Assembly (NCBI GenBank): GCA_963737655.1 | Contig: CAVTTN010000002.1 | Coordinates: 4,480,001-4,544,000, forward strand | Reading direction: 5' to 3' | Source: an uncultured Planctomycetota bacterium | Lineage (GTDB): Bacteria > Planctomycetota > Planctomycetia > Isosphaerales > Isosphaeraceae | Length of the DNA: 64,000 bases | In this document: positions 30,750-41,650 of the stretch, in pieces | Position numbering within the stretch: the stretch's first letter is position 1 | Layout of the letters: every line of letters starts with the position of its first letter | The notes under the pieces: generated by a model | What the model was told of the DNA's origin: nothing | The model's input: the letters and a program-made list of their open reading frames with translations, nothing else | Database searches by the model: none | Program-made: the position numbers and the translations under genes

Positions 30750-33700
30750 ATGACCGTCCCGACCCCGTCGCTCTCCTGGCGCGTATTCGCCTTGACGGCC
30801 TCGGCCGCGATTGCCTGGGCCTTCGCCCTCGGCTCGACCGCCTCGGCCCAGGTGGGCGCGGAGGAGTCCGCGAAGAAGCTCAAGCCCGCTCCCGGGCTGG
30901 AGGCCACGCTCTGGGCGTCCGAGCCGATGGTCATCAACCCCACCACGATGGACATCGACTCCCGGGGCCGGGTCTGGATCACCGAGGGCCTGAATTACCG
31001 CTCCACCCACGGAGGCGGCAAGGGTTTCCCCCGCCACCCCGACGCCGACAAGATCAAGATCCTCGAAGACACCGACGGCGACGGCAAGGCCGACAAGATG
31101 ACCGTCTTCGCCGACAAGATCTGGCCGATCCCGATGGGCCTGGCCGTCGAGGAGCATTACGCGAAGGACGGCAAGTACACCGGATGCCGCGTGTTCGTCG
31201 GCAACAGCCCGGACATCCTCGTCTTCGAGGACACCGACGGCGACGACAAGGCCGACAAGCGCTATTCGCTCCTCACGGGGTTCGGCGGCGTGGACTCCGA
31301 TCACGGCGTCCACGGGATGGTCCTGGGGATGGACGGCAAGCTCTATTTCACCCACGGCGACGGCTGTTGCTCGTATGAACAGGATCACGGCCACCGCGAG
31401 CGCAACTTCGACGTGGTGGACAAATCCGGCCGTCACGTCTGGTCCGACCAGCTCGCCAACACCCTCCGCGTCAATCGCGACGGGACGCAGTTCGAGATCA
31501 TCGCCGACCGCCAGAGGAACAACTACGAGACCTGCCTGAACTCGTTCGGCAACATCTTCACCAGCGACAACGACGACGACGGCAATCGCGGATCGCGGGT
31601 GATCTGGGTCATGGAGGGCGGCAAATACGGCTATCGCACGCCGGGAAGCCCCCGGCACTGGGGCGAGGACGTCCCGGGGAACGTGCCCAAGCTCGTCGGC
31701 ACCGGCAACGGCAGTCCGTGCGGGGTCGCGGTTTACGAGGGCGAACTCCTGCCCGAGGAATACCGCGGCTCGGTGATGGAGGCGGAGGCCGGCCCTCGCG
31801 TGATCAATTATTTCCCCCTGACGAGGAAGGGCGCGGCGTTCCGCACCGAGCACAAGATCATGCTCGCCAGCGATGACCCGTGGTTCCGGCCGGTCGATGT
31901 CACCACGGCCCCCGACGGCTCGGTCTTCGTGGCCGACTGGTACGACGCGGGGGTCGGCGGCCACTCGTTCCGCGACCAGACGACCGGGCGGATCTTCCGG
32001 GTGGCGCCTTCAGGCTCGAAAACGAAGAAGATCACCTATGATTTCGGGACGATCCCGGGCCTGATCGAGGCGTTGAAGTCGCCGGTGGTGGCGACCCGCG
32101 ACGCGGCCCAACGCGGCTTGATCGCGTGGGGCCTGGAGGCCGAAGGCCCTCTCCGTCAGGCGAGCCGGGACGTCGCCGATCCGATCGTCCGGGCCCGGAT
32201 CTTCTGGACCGCGATGCAGATCCCCGCGTCGAGCTTCGCCAGGACCCTCGGCCCGACGATGAACGACCCGGACAGCCCGTTCAACAAGACGGGCAATCCG
32301 GCCCACCGCGAGCAGGCGGTGCGGATGCTCGGCCGGGACGTGAGCCGGGTCGGGCACGTCGAGGACTCGAAGCCTCGCGTGGCGGCCGCCGCCTACCAGT
32401 CCTTCTCCTACCTGAATCACTTGCTGCGAATGACCGGTGACCCCGATGCCGGCGTCCGCCGCGAGTTGATCCTGGCCTTCCGCGACCTGCCCACGGCGCA
32501 GGTCGGCGACGCCCTGAAGAAGCTTGCCCTCTCGTGGGACGGCCAGGACCGCTGGTATCTCGAAGCCCTTGGATTGGCCCTCCGCAACCGCGAAACCGAG
32601 TACCTCCGCAACCTCTTCGACGGCAACCTCTACGGAGTCACCGACCTCGACGAGATGGGCCGCAACGGCAACGTGGCGTTGCCTCCGTACTTCCCGGTGG
32701 ACCGGAACGAGGCCTTTATCTCGGCCCATGACCCCGATCTGCCGCCGGCCAATTCGCTGTCGAAGACCCTGGGGCTGGCGTGGGAAGTCCACCGGACCGA
32801 GGTCTTGCCGATCCTCCTGAAACTTCGCCCCGGATTGCTCGCCCCCGAGCTCCAGCAGGCTCATGATGACGTGATCGAACAGGTGACCGACCCCTCCGCC
32901 GCGATCACCCTCGCCGATCAGGCCGTCGCCGATCAATCGCCCGTCCGTCGCCGGCAGATCCTCGCGACCCTGGCGAGGAAGCTCGATGGCCCGTGGGCGG
33001 CCGAGAAGAACAACCCGCAGGTGCTCCGGGCGATCACGATCGCGCTGGATGACCCCGAGACGCTCGCCCAGGGCGTGCAGATGGCCGGCGCCACCGGCAG
33101 CCCGACCTATTCCGAACGGCTGACCAGCCTCGCCGAGTCGCCGAAGACGCCCGAGGAGGTCCGCGCCGCCGCCGTCGAGGCGATTGCCCGCTCGAAGGCC
33201 CCCCGGGCCGTGGCCGTCCTCGATGACCTGATCGCCAAGGCGAAGGAAAGCAAGAGCGGAGGCGCCGCCGCCGAGGCGGCCGTCCGCTCCTTGCCGAGAC
33301 TCGGCGATGCCCGCCCTCGGCTCGCCGCGATCATGAATGATGAGGCGTACCCGCTGGGCCTCCGTCGCGAGGCCCTCCGCACCTTCGCCAGCCAGGGACA
33401 GGGGGCCCGCCAGTTGCTCGCGATGGCCCGCGAGAAGAAGGTGCCCGACGCCCTGAAGACCGAGGCCGCCAGCGTCTTGCGCTCCAACCCCGACGGCAAC
33501 ATCCGCAACGAGGCGTTGCAGGTCATGCCGATCGTCTCGGCCAGCGGCAAGCCCCTGCCCTCCAACGGAGAGCTGGTCCGCCGGGACGGCAAGGCCGACC
33601 GGGGCCGCGAGGTCTTCTTCAAGATCGGCACCACCACCTGCGCGAGCTGCCACCGGGTCCAGGGCCGAGGCCAGTGGATCGGCCCGGACCTCTCCACCAT

Positions 33701-34469
33701 CGGCAACAAGTACGGCAAGGAAGAGATCCTCCGGTCGATCCTCAACCCCAGCGCCGCCATCGGCTACAACGACCGGAGCCTGGTCGTGGCGATGAACGAC
33801 GGCCAGACCCTCACCGGCCTGGTCGTGGAAGACTCGCCGAACCGGCTCCTGCTGAAGCTGGCCGACGGCAAGCGCGTGGAGATCAAGCCGAACGAGATCG
33901 AGGCCCGGCGGTTCGCGGACATCTCCCTGATGCCCGAGGGGCTGGCCCAGGCCATGCAGGAGCAGGACCTCGTGGACCTGATCGCCTTCCTCGCCTCGCT
34001 CCGCCAGCCGGTGAGCATCGTCGGCCAGTTCGGCCTGCTCGCCCCGGTCACCGACGCCGTCCAGGCCCCGACGATCGACCCGGCGTCGCCGATCAAGTCC
34101 GCCGCCGACAAGGGCCTGCCCTGGAGGCGGATCACGGCCAACGCCGAGGGGGTCGCCGACCTGATCCCGGCCCTCGGCACCGACTCCACGAAGGCCGCCT
34201 ACCTCCACACCCCCGTGACCTCGCCCATCGAGCAGGACGCGCAGCTCGTCCTCGACACCAAGGACGACATCGCGGCCTGGCTCGGCGGCAAGCCGATCGA
34301 CCTGCCCAAAGCGGCCGACAACGAGCCCCGGAGCGTCTCGATCAAGCTGCCCAAGGGATCGACCGACCTGTTGATCCGGGTCCCCGGCGGCAACGCGGCG
34401 AAGGTCGTGGCCACGTTCGTCGCCAATCGCCCGGTGGAGTTCTCCCCGGTCGAGGTTAAAGGGCGCTGA
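30750..34469 (+). CDS. PVC-type heme-binding CxxCH protein (beta-propeller dehydrogenase-like + HEAT repeats + cytochrome c)
   Basis: WASEPMVINP…DSRGRVW, EDTDGDGKAD, WFRPVDV…DWYD, CASCHRVQG…IGPDLS, SLMPEGL. Confidence 0.9.
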   Translation: MTVPTPSLSWRVFALTASAAIAWAFALGSTASAQVGAEESAKKLKPAPGLEATLWASEPMVINPTTMDIDSRGRVWITEGLNYRSTHGGGKGFPRHPDADKIKILEDTDGDGKADKMTVFADKIWPIPMGLAVEEHYAKDGKYTGCRVFVGNSPDILVFEDTDGDDKADKRYSLLTGFGGVDSDHGVHGMVLGMDGKLYFTHGDGCCSYEQDHGHRERNFDVVDKSGRHVWSDQLANTLRVNRDGTQFEIIADRQRNNYETCLNSFGNIFTSDNDDDGNRGSRVIWVMEGGKYGYRTPGSPRHWGEDVPGNVPKLVGTGNGSPCGVAVYEGELLPEEYRGSVMEAEAGPRVINYFPLTRKGAAFRTEHKIMLASDDPWFRPVDVTTAPDGSVFVADWYDAGVGGHSFRDQTTGRIFRVAPSGSKTKKITYDFGTIPGLIEALKSPVVATRDAAQRGLIAWGLEAEGPLRQASRDVADPIVRARIFWTAMQIPASSFARTLGPTMNDPDSPFNKTGNPAHREQAVRMLGRDVSRVGHVEDSKPRVAAAAYQSFSYLNHLLRMTGDPDAGVRRELILAFRDLPTAQVGDALKKLALSWDGQDRWYLEALGLALRNRETEYLRNLFDGNLYGVTDLDEMGRNGNVALPPYFPVDRNEAFISAHDPDLPPANSLSKTLGLAWEVHRTEVLPILLKLRPGLLAPELQQAHDDVIEQVTDPSAAITLADQAVADQSPVRRRQILATLARKLDGPWAAEKNNPQVLRAITIALDDPETLAQGVQMAGATGSPTYSERLTSLAESPKTPEEVRAAAVEAIARSKAPRAVAVLDDLIAKAKESKSGGAAAEAAVRSLPRLGDARPRLAAIMNDEAYPLGLRREALRTFASQGQGARQLLAMAREKKVPDALKTEAASVLRSNPDGNIRNEALQVMPIVSASGKPLPSNGELVRRDGKADRGREVFFKIGTTTCASCHRVQGRGQWIGPDLSTIGNKYGKEEILRSILNPSAAIGYNDRSLVVAMNDGQTLTGLVVEDSPNRLLLKLADGKRVEIKPNEIEARRFADISLMPEGLAQAMQEQDLVDLIAFLASLRQPVSIVGQFGLLAPVTDAVQAPTIDPASPIKSAADKGLPWRRITANAEGVADLIPALGTDSTKAAYLHTPVTSPIEQDAQLVLDTKDDIAAWLGGKPIDLPKAADNEPRSVSIKLPKGSTDLLIRVPGGNAAKVVATFVANRPVEFSPVEVKGR

Positions 34470-34549
34470 GGATCGTTTTCGAGGGGAGCGAGTCGTCCTG
34501 GCCCGCTCTCCGTCCTCCGTGAAAGACGTCCCGACGGGGGAGCCAATCG

Positions 34550-35223
34550 ATGGGATTCCCGGAGTTCGACCGACCTCACGATCAGGAACCGCCGAAGCCC
34601 GACGGGACCCCCGAAGTCGCCTGGCGACGGCTCGCCGGATGGGCCGGGACGTGCGGGGCGGTGCCGTTTGGCATGGCACTCTGGCTGCCCGTGTTCTGGA
34701 TCACCGGCAAAACCGCGCGGCCCGGGGAGAGGCGCTGGTCGTGATCGTCGTGGGGGCCCTGCCGCTCGTCCCGTTCGCCATCGCCATGACCCGGGTCGAT
34801 CGAGGCGGCTGGTCCCGCGTCCTAGTCCGGGCGATCCTGGGGCTGGGCGTGGGGGCGGCCTCGATCCTCCTGTGCTGGTTCGCGGGCCTGGTCATCCTGC
34901 CGGCGGCCGTCGGCGGGATGGTCCTGGGCGCCCTGGCGCTCGGGCCCTGCTGGTGGGACAGGGACGCCGAAGGGCGGGCCCTGGCCCTCCTCGGCCTGGC
35001 CCCGGCCATCGGGATGCTGGGGATCTGGTTCGTGAAATGGGCCCGGCATCACGCCTTCGGGGTTGTGGTCGCGCTCGATCCATCCTGGCTGTTCGGGTGG
35101 CATTCGCTGCCGGCCCTGCTCGCGGTGGGCATCGCGGCCATCGCCCTGGCCCTCTTCCGCTCCCGGGCCCGAAGAGAGGCCCATGCCAAACCCGTGGCCG
35201 GGGCGTGGCGAGACCTCGACTGA
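34550..35223 (+). CDS. Hypothetical membrane protein (probable frameshift near 34725; start uncertain)
   Basis: Hydrophobic ORF 34550..34744 seems to continue into the multi-TM part of ORF 34519..35223, ending KPVAGAWRDLD. Confidence 0.5.
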
Positions 35224-35340
35224 TCGCCGCCCGGCGATGTCCCGCGGAAACACGGCCCGAATGCGCGGAAATCACCGTCCCAGCCGGGTAGAATCGCCCG
35301 AAGAGGCCCTTTCTTCCAGTTCGCACGGGTCGATCCCGCC

Positions 35341-35922
35341 ATGAACACCCATCGATCCAGGCCGATCGACGCCGGTAGGACCCTCGTGATCCACGCCCTC
35401 GGCGCCTCGGCCCTCGCGGGACTCTTCGTCGTCTCCACACTGGATGAGTTCGAGCTCGTCTTCATCGTATGGACGGGATATCTGACCCTGGTCGCCTTCT
35501 TCCTCTTCCGGCGGAAACAAATGGGCCTGGCGTTCGTCGTCCTGCCCGTCCAGGTGGTCGCGTCATGGGCGGTGGTCGTCGCGGCGGTGCTGGCTCCGTT
35601 GAAGACCCGCGATCGCGTCCTCCAAGGGCGGGTCGTCCTGCCGAGCGCCGAGAGGTCCCTCGGCGAGCTCAAGGCCTACGCCGAGGGACCGGGGCGGCGG
35701 TCGTTCTCGACGCAAATCCACGTCTCCTTCCCCGCTGCGCAGGCCGATCACGTCATCCGCTGGCCGGGTCGCGAGATCTCGGTCAAGGAGTTCATGGCGG
35801 CCATCGAGGAGCAGACCCGGCTGAGGTGCGAGCTCGGCAGTTGCGGCAACGGCTCGACGATCCTGTTCGGCGGCAACTGCGTGTTTGGTGTGGGCATCTG
35901 GGAACGTCACAATCCACCATGA
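35341..35922 (+). CDS. Hypothetical membrane protein
   Basis: Three N-terminal hydrophobic segments; C-terminal CGNG motif; stop overlaps the next start. Confidence 0.6.
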   Translation: MNTHRSRPIDAGRTLVIHALGASALAGLFVVSTLDEFELVFIVWTGYLTLVAFFLFRRKQMGLAFVVLPVQVVASWAVVVAAVLAPLKTRDRVLQGRVVLPSAERSLGELKAYAEGPGRRSFSTQIHVSFPAAQADHVIRWPGREISVKEFMAAIEEQTRLRCELGSCGNGSTILFGGNCVFGVGIWERHNPP

Positions 35923-37583
35923 CACGCAACGTGCCCGACCGTCGGAGATCCGAACGTGCCGGCCGAGCCTGGAGGCGACTTGCTCCCGCCCTCCTCCTGG
36001 CGATTGCCGCCGCGCCTTCGCCTCCCGCCGATCCCCCCCTCTTCCGCGACGTTTCCGCCCGATCCGGCCTCGATTTTCGCTTCCATTCCGGCTCCCGGGG
36101 CAAGCACGACCTGCCCGAGATCATGGGCGGAGGCGTCGCCTTGATCGACTTCGACGGCGATGGGCTGCTGGATGTCTATTTCTGCAACGGAGGGCCGATC
36201 GGCGCCGGGAAGGACGACCCGCCGGGCCGCCTCTATCGCAACCTCGGAGAAGGCCAGTTCGCCGACGCGACCGATCGGGCCGACGCCCCGGGGCCCTCCT
36301 ATGCGATGGGCGCCGCCGTGGGGGATTTTGACGGCGACGGCCGCGACGACCTGTTCGTGACCGGCTGGCGCGATCAAAGACTCTATCGCAACCTCGGGAA
36401 TGGCCGGTTCCAGGACGTGACCGAGCCGGCCGGCCTCGCCTCGAAACTCTGGAGCACCTCCGCCGCCTTCGCCGACCTCGATGCCGACGGCGACCTCGAC
36501 CTTTTCGTGACCACGTATGTCGATTTCGACCCGAACGACGCCCCGTTCTGCGCCTCGCCCGACGGCAAGCGCGACTATTGCGGCCCCGAGGAGTTCGCCG
36601 CCCAGCCCGACCGGCTCTACCGCAACAACGGCGACGGCAGCTTCACCGACGTCTCGAAATCGGGAGGAATCGAAGGCCCGGACGGCCGGGGGCTGGGCGT
36701 CCTCGTGGCCGACCTGACCGGCGACCGCCGCCTCGATGTCTTCGTGGCGAACGACGGCTCGCCCTGCCGATTGTTCGAGAATCGCGGAGGGCTGACGTTC
36801 GTCGAGGTCGGCCGGGAGGGCGGCGTGGCCTTCGACGCCGCCGGCGGTCCGCTCGCCGGGATGGGCGTCTCGGCCGGCGACCTGGACGGCGACGGCCGGA
36901 TCGACCTGGTCGTCGGCAACTTCCTGGGCCGGTCCACGATCGGCTTCCGGAACCTCGGAGCCGGCCTGTTCCTCGACGATTCGGCCCGGCTCGGCCTCGT
37001 CGCGACGACCCGCCCGGTCCTGGGCTTCGGCCTGGCCCTCGAAGATTTCGACGGCGACGGCGACCTCGACCTGATGCAGGCCAACGGCCACGTCCTCGAC
37101 CGCGAGCGCCTGGGCGAACCGTTCGCGATGCCGACGAAACTCCTTCGCAACGACGGCGGCAAGTTCGTCGATGCGTCACGGTCGGCCGGTCCGTTCTTCG
37201 GGCGATCGATCCTCGGCCGGGGGCTGGCGATCGGCGACCTGGACCGCGACGGTCGGCCCGACGCCGTGGTCGCCTCCCTCGACTCGGCACCGGGCTTGCT
37301 CCTCAACGACGGGCCGGGCCGATTCCTGGCGATCGAACTCGTCGGGAAAGGCAAGGCGGGCCGATCGCCGGTCGGCGCGCGGGTCTCGGCGACGATCGGC
37401 CGGGGGCGGGTCGTCCGCGAGGTGGTCGGAGGGGGCAGCTACCTGTCGGCGTCGTCGCGGACCGTCTTCATCGGCCTCGGCCCGGGCACGATCCGCGAGG
37501 TCGAGGTCCGATGGCCCTCGGGCAAGGTCCAGACGTTCCCGGTCGAGCCGGGACGGACCGCGGTGAGGCTTTCCGAAGACTGA
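35919..37583 (+). CDS. CRTAC1-family protein (FG-GAP repeats + ASPIC/UnbV)
   Basis: Repeated DFDGDG/DLDADGDLD, GGGSYLSASS, VRWPSG. Confidence 0.9.
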   Translation: MTRNVPDRRRSERAGRAWRRLAPALLLAIAAAPSPPADPPLFRDVSARSGLDFRFHSGSRGKHDLPEIMGGGVALIDFDGDGLLDVYFCNGGPIGAGKDDPPGRLYRNLGEGQFADATDRADAPGPSYAMGAAVGDFDGDGRDDLFVTGWRDQRLYRNLGNGRFQDVTEPAGLASKLWSTSAAFADLDADGDLDLFVTTYVDFDPNDAPFCASPDGKRDYCGPEEFAAQPDRLYRNNGDGSFTDVSKSGGIEGPDGRGLGVLVADLTGDRRLDVFVANDGSPCRLFENRGGLTFVEVGREGGVAFDAAGGPLAGMGVSAGDLDGDGRIDLVVGNFLGRSTIGFRNLGAGLFLDDSARLGLVATTRPVLGFGLALEDFDGDGDLDLMQANGHVLDRERLGEPFAMPTKLLRNDGGKFVDASRSAGPFFGRSILGRGLAIGDLDRDGRPDAVVASLDSAPGLLLNDGPGRFLAIELVGKGKAGRSPVGARVSATIGRGRVVREVVGGGSYLSASSRTVFIGLGPGTIREVEVRWPSGKVQTFPVEPGRTAVRLSED

Positions 37584-37699
37584 GCCGGGCCGCCGGCATC
37601 CCCCCACCCGTCCCGGGCTCAGCCGCCTCCCCCTCGGGCGGTTCCATGTGATAGACTCTGGTCAAGTCGCGATGAGGCCAAGGGTGGGAGCGTGCGCCG

Positions 37700-37888
37700 A
37701 TGGGAATGGAGAAAATCCTCTGCTTGGTGGCGATGATCATTGCCGGCCTGCTGGCACTGGTCTTCCTGATCGACGCCGTCTCGGGCTTCCCGTTCAAGCA
37801 GCAGAGCATCGTCCTGGACGTGCTCTTCATCCTGGGCGGGGGGTTCATCCTGTGGCAGGGCGTGGAGACGTATCGGGAGTTCCGCTGA
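37700..37888 (+). CDS. Small two-TM hypothetical protein
   Basis: MEKILCLVAMIIAGLLALVFLIDA…DVLFILGGGFILWQGVETYREFR. Confidence 0.7.
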   Translation: MGMEKILCLVAMIIAGLLALVFLIDAVSGFPFKQQSIVLDVLFILGGGFILWQGVETYREFR

Positions 37889-39427
37889 CGGATCGCTCCC
37901 GCTCCACCGCGTCCTGGATCGCCCGGACGACGCCGTCCCACGTAAACCGCTCGGCCTCGGCCGAGACCGTCCAGCCGAGCCCCCGGGCGGCGGCCGTCGT
38001 CACCGGACTGATCGTCGCCACCCGAATTTCCCGGCCGATCCTCCGCCGGGCGGTTTCGGGCAGGAGCGTGAACAAGCGTTCGGCGATCGCCGAACTCGTC
38101 AACGTGACCCAATCGACGGAGCCGGCCTCGATCCGCTCGACCAGGCCGACGGGCAGCCCCTCGGCATCGGCGTTCCGATAGACGGCCACCTGCTCGACTT
38201 CCGCCACCTTGTCCAGCTCGTCCTTGAGCAACGTCCGACCGCGATCGGCCCTGGCCAGCAAGACGCGGCGCCCCGGGCCCGTTCGACCAGCGCCTCGGCC
38301 AGCCCTTCGGAGCGGTACGAATCGGGCACGAGGTCCGCCCTGAGTCGAAATCTCGCGAGCGCCTCGGCCGTCGCCGGCCCGATCGCGGCGATTCGGAGGC
38401 TGCCGAGCGCCCGCAAGTCCTTGCCGATCGCGTCCAGGCGGTCGAGGAAGTGCCTCACGCCATTCGCCGACGTGAACACCAGCCAATCGAAGCGTCCGAG
38501 CCGATTCAGGGCGTCATCCAGGGGGCCGAAGTCCTCCAGGGGGAGGATCGCGACGGTCGGCGCCGGGATCGCCTCGGCGCCGAGGGCCTCCAGGGAGGCG
38601 CAGGCCGAATCGCTCTCGTCGGCCGGTCGGGTCACGACGATCCGCTGGCCGAACAGGGGCAACGCCTCGAACCACGCGAGCGAGGGGCGCCTCGCCACCA
38701 CGTCGCCGACGACCAGGAGGGCCGGAGGGCCGATCCCCGAGGCGGCCACGAGGTCGGCCAGGTCGGCGAGCGTCCCGACGACCGTCTTCTGGCCCGCCAG
38801 GGTGCCCGACTGGACCATCGCGGCGGGCAATCCGGCCGGTTTTCCTTCGCGGATCAGCGTCTCGCAGAGGCTCCGCAACCGGCCCACGCCCATGTAGACC
38901 ACCAGGGTCCCGGGGAACCTCGCGAGGCTCGGCCAGTCGATCCTGGAGGACGGCGAGCCCGGCTCGTCGTGGCCCGTGACGAACGCCACGGCCGACGCCG
39001 CCTCGCGATGCGTGATCGGCAGACCCGCATACGCCGAGACGCCTACCCCGGCCGTGACTCCTGGGACCACCGAGAACGGCACTCCCGCTCCTCGCAGATG
39101 CTCGGCCTCCTCCGCCCCCCGGCCGAAGACGAACGGATCGCCCCCCTTGAGCCTCACGACCCGCTTCCCCTCGCGAGCCAGGGCCACGAGCAAGGCGTTG
39201 ATCTCCTCTTGCCTCATCGCGCACTTGCCCGAGGTCTTCCCCGCGAACAGGCGGTCGGCCGACGGCGGGGCCAGCGCGAGCAATCGCGGGTGGACCAGGT
39301 GGTCATAAACGACCGCCTCGGCCTTCGCGAGAGCCTCGGCCCCGAGACGGGTCAGCAACCCCGGGTCGCCCGGCCCCGCGCCGACGAGATCGACCCGGCC
39401 GATCTCGCGTTCCCCCCTCGATGCCAT
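37845..39427 (-). CDS. cobA-hemD: Uroporphyrinogen-III C-methyltransferase/synthase fusion (frameshift at C-run ~38271-38274)
   Basis: LVGAGPGDPGLLT, RLKGGDPFVFGRG, VPGVTAG, then the HemD part VVTRP, FTSANGV, AIGPATA; C-terminus (VAVYRN, TLTSS, ISPVT) in ORF 37845..38486. Confidence 0.92.
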
Positions 39428-39461
39428 CGCCGTAAATTCCCTTCCAACCCCCGGGGATCAA

Positions 39462-39669
39462 GGGAAACGGTGTCAGATCGATTTTTTCGCGGCGAAAAAT
39501 CGATCTGACATGCTCCGTAAAAAACCCCTTCGAAGCATCAATACGAGTAGGTCCGACTTCAGTCGGGCCTACAAGAAGGTCATATTTCGTAGGCCCGACT
39601 GAAGTCGGACCTACTCGTTTCCTCATTCTCACTGGGGTTTTCTACGAAGCCGATCCGACACCATTTCCC
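39462..39669. repeat. Host palindrome GGGAAACGGTGTCAGATCGATTTTT…AAAAATCGATCTGACA(CCATTTCCC), interrupted by a MITE
   Basis: The left arm pairs with the right arm, which is split by the 39511-39650 insertion. Confidence 0.75.
39511..39650. mobile_element. MITE family B (140 bp), target duplication CGATC(T/C)GACA
   Basis: TGCTCCGTAAAAAACCCC…GTAGGTCCGACTTCAGTCGGGCCTAC…GTAGGCCCGACTGAAGTCGGACCTAC…GGGGTTTTCTACGAAGC; direct repeats at 39501-39510 and 39651-39660. Confidence 0.85.
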
Positions 39670-39707
39670 CCAGATCCCGATGGCCGGTTCCCCCGATCCG
39701 GTCCGCC

Positions 39708-40724
39708 TCAAACCTCGGTCGGCACGCCCTTCTTCGACCCGTCCCTCACCATCAGGATGCCGAGTTCGTAGAGCAGGATCATGGGCACGGCGAGGAGGGC
39801 GAGGGTGAACGGGTCGCCGGTCGGCGTGATCACGGCCGCGACGACCACGATGATCAGGATCGCGAACCGCCTCTTGGACCGGAAGTCCGCCACGCTGACG
39901 ATCCCGATCCGTTCGATGACCATCATCACCAGGGGCGTCTGGAAACAGAGGCCAAAAACCAGGGGGAGGATGGTCGCGAAGCTGATCCACTCGCTGATCC
40001 GCAACGTCGGCTCGATCCCCAGCCAGATGTTGAAATCGAGCAGGAATTCCAGGGTGTACGGCAGGACGAAGAAGAAGCACAGGAACACCCCGCCGAGGAA
40101 CAGGCCGAGCGAGAACGGCAGGAACTTGTTCACATAATGCCGCTCGTGGCGGTACAGCCCGGCGGCGATGAACGCCCAGATCTCGCGGAAGACCCACGGG
40201 CTGGAGATCACCAGGCCGGTGACGATGCACACGCCGAAGAAGATCATGAAGGTTTCGAGGGGGGCGAGCGAGATCAGCGCCGATTTCGGCTCGATCGACC
40301 GGGCGACGCCCTTGATCATGTCCGACTCGCGGAGGGTCATCGTCAGCGCCACTTTTTCGCCGACGGCCTTGGGGTCGGGCGTACCGAGGTCCGGGAAGAG
40401 GGCCTTCATGGCCTTCGAAAACTCCTCGCCGTCGATCTCCACCTGCATGGGGTCGGTGCGGACCTTCTTGGCGTTGGCCTCGGTCTCGCGGCGGAGGGCC
40501 TGCTCGGTGTAGAACTTGTTCAGCGCCTTCTGCGCCGGGTCCTGCATCATCTTCATGACCTTCTGGCCCAGGTTCAGCGGCGGGATGAACGCGATGGTCA
40601 TCCCGACGAACAGGCCGATCAGGGCACGAATCAGGTGGAAGCGCAGCTCCTCGATATGCTCGCCGAAGCTCATGGCGGGCATGGTCTGCTCTTCGGCGAA
40701 GAGATCCTGCTCTTTCGGACGCAT
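39708..40724 (-). CDS. tatC: Twin-arginine translocase subunit TatC
   Basis: MSFGEHIEELR, PLETFMIFF, EIWAFIAAGLYRHER, FGLCFQTP, ITPTGDP, LYELGI. Confidence 0.95.
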   Translation of the reverse strand: MRPKEQDLFAEEQTMPAMSFGEHIEELRFHLIRALIGLFVGMTIAFIPPLNLGQKVMKMMQDPAQKALNKFYTEQALRRETEANAKKVRTDPMQVEIDGEEFSKAMKALFPDLGTPDPKAVGEKVALTMTLRESDMIKGVARSIEPKSALISLAPLETFMIFFGVCIVTGLVISSPWVFREIWAFIAAGLYRHERHYVNKFLPFSLGLFLGGVFLCFFFVLPYTLEFLLDFNIWLGIEPTLRISEWISFATILPLVFGLCFQTPLVMMVIERIGIVSVADFRSKRRFAILIIVVVAAVITPTGDPFTLALLAVPMILLYELGILMVRDGSKKGVPTEV

Positions 40725-40995
40725 CGAAGGGGGCTCCCCCCTCCGGGTTCGGATCGGATCGCGAGGGATTCGGATCGGATCGAATCGACCGGAGGGGCCG
40801 CGAGAGGCCGGGGCGGGCCGGACGGGGGAGGAGACGCCGGTCGCGAGGCCCGTCCCGAGGCCCGGACCGTCCAGCAGAACCGCCGGAGGGCCTCGCGGGG
40901 ACGGCCCATCACCGGCGGGAGCGTTCCTGAGCCACTAATTCTAACCCCAAAAGCCGCCCCGACGCCAGGGGGGACCGGGAACCGGCCTCTCGCCC

Positions 40996-41379
40996 TCAAT
41001 CGAGATCGGATCGCGCCTCAATCGCGTCGGCGTCATTCATGGCCAGGGTCCGAACCGTGGCGCGGCCGAGGGGCGTGAGTCCTGCAAGGATCACTCCTCG
41101 ATGCTCGAAGTGTTCGGACCAGACATCGAGACGGGGGTGGAACAACCGGGCGACCTCGCCCGAATCGGGGTCGATACCGGTCAGGTTCGGCCCCTTGTGC
41201 AAATTGCAATGGTGGCAGGACAACGCCAGATTGCCGGCGTCGTCCGATCCCCCGTGCTGCCGGGCGATGATGTGCTCGATGTGGAACGGCGAGATCGGCA
41301 GCGCATCCTGCGGCAGTCGGCAATACTCGCAGGGATCGCCGGCCCGCTGCCGGACCAGCCGGCGTGTCGCGCGATCCAT
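40996..41379 (-). CDS. HNH endonuclease
   Basis: CEYC…FHIEHIIARQHGGSD…NLALSCHHCNLHKG. Confidence 0.9.
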   Translation of the reverse strand: MDRATRRLVRQRAGDPCEYCRLPQDALPISPFHIEHIIARQHGGSDDAGNLALSCHHCNLHKGPNLTGIDPDSGEVARLFHPRLDVWSEHFEHRGVILAGLTPLGRATVRTLAMNDADAIEARSDLD

Positions 41380-41380
41380 T

Positions 41381-41650
41381 TCAGGCGGGGCCGGCGTCGG
41401 CGAGGACGCGACGGGCCTTCTTCTGCAAGATGCCGATCAGGTGGATCGCCCCGACGATCCCCTCATATTCGGCCTTCTCCTCGGGCGAGAGCCGGCCCTC
41501 ATTGCACTTCTCGGCGAGCTCATCAATCTGGGTCTGGAGCGCGGGATCGGCCCGCAAAGCGACGATCTCCCTCGCCAGGTCGGGCGTGATCGCCCGCCCC
41601 ACGGGTGCCATCAGGCGATCCAGGACATCCACGGAAGGGGCTTGGCTCAT
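41381..41650 (-). CDS. Small hypothetical protein, putative antitoxin-like partner of the HNH gene
   Basis: LRADPALQTQIDELAEKCNEGRLSPEEKAEY; 1-nt gap to the HNH gene. Confidence 0.7.
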   Translation of the reverse strand: MSQAPSVDVLDRLMAPVGRAITPDLAREIVALRADPALQTQIDELAEKCNEGRLSPEEKAEYEGIVGAIHLIGILQKKARRVLADAGPA

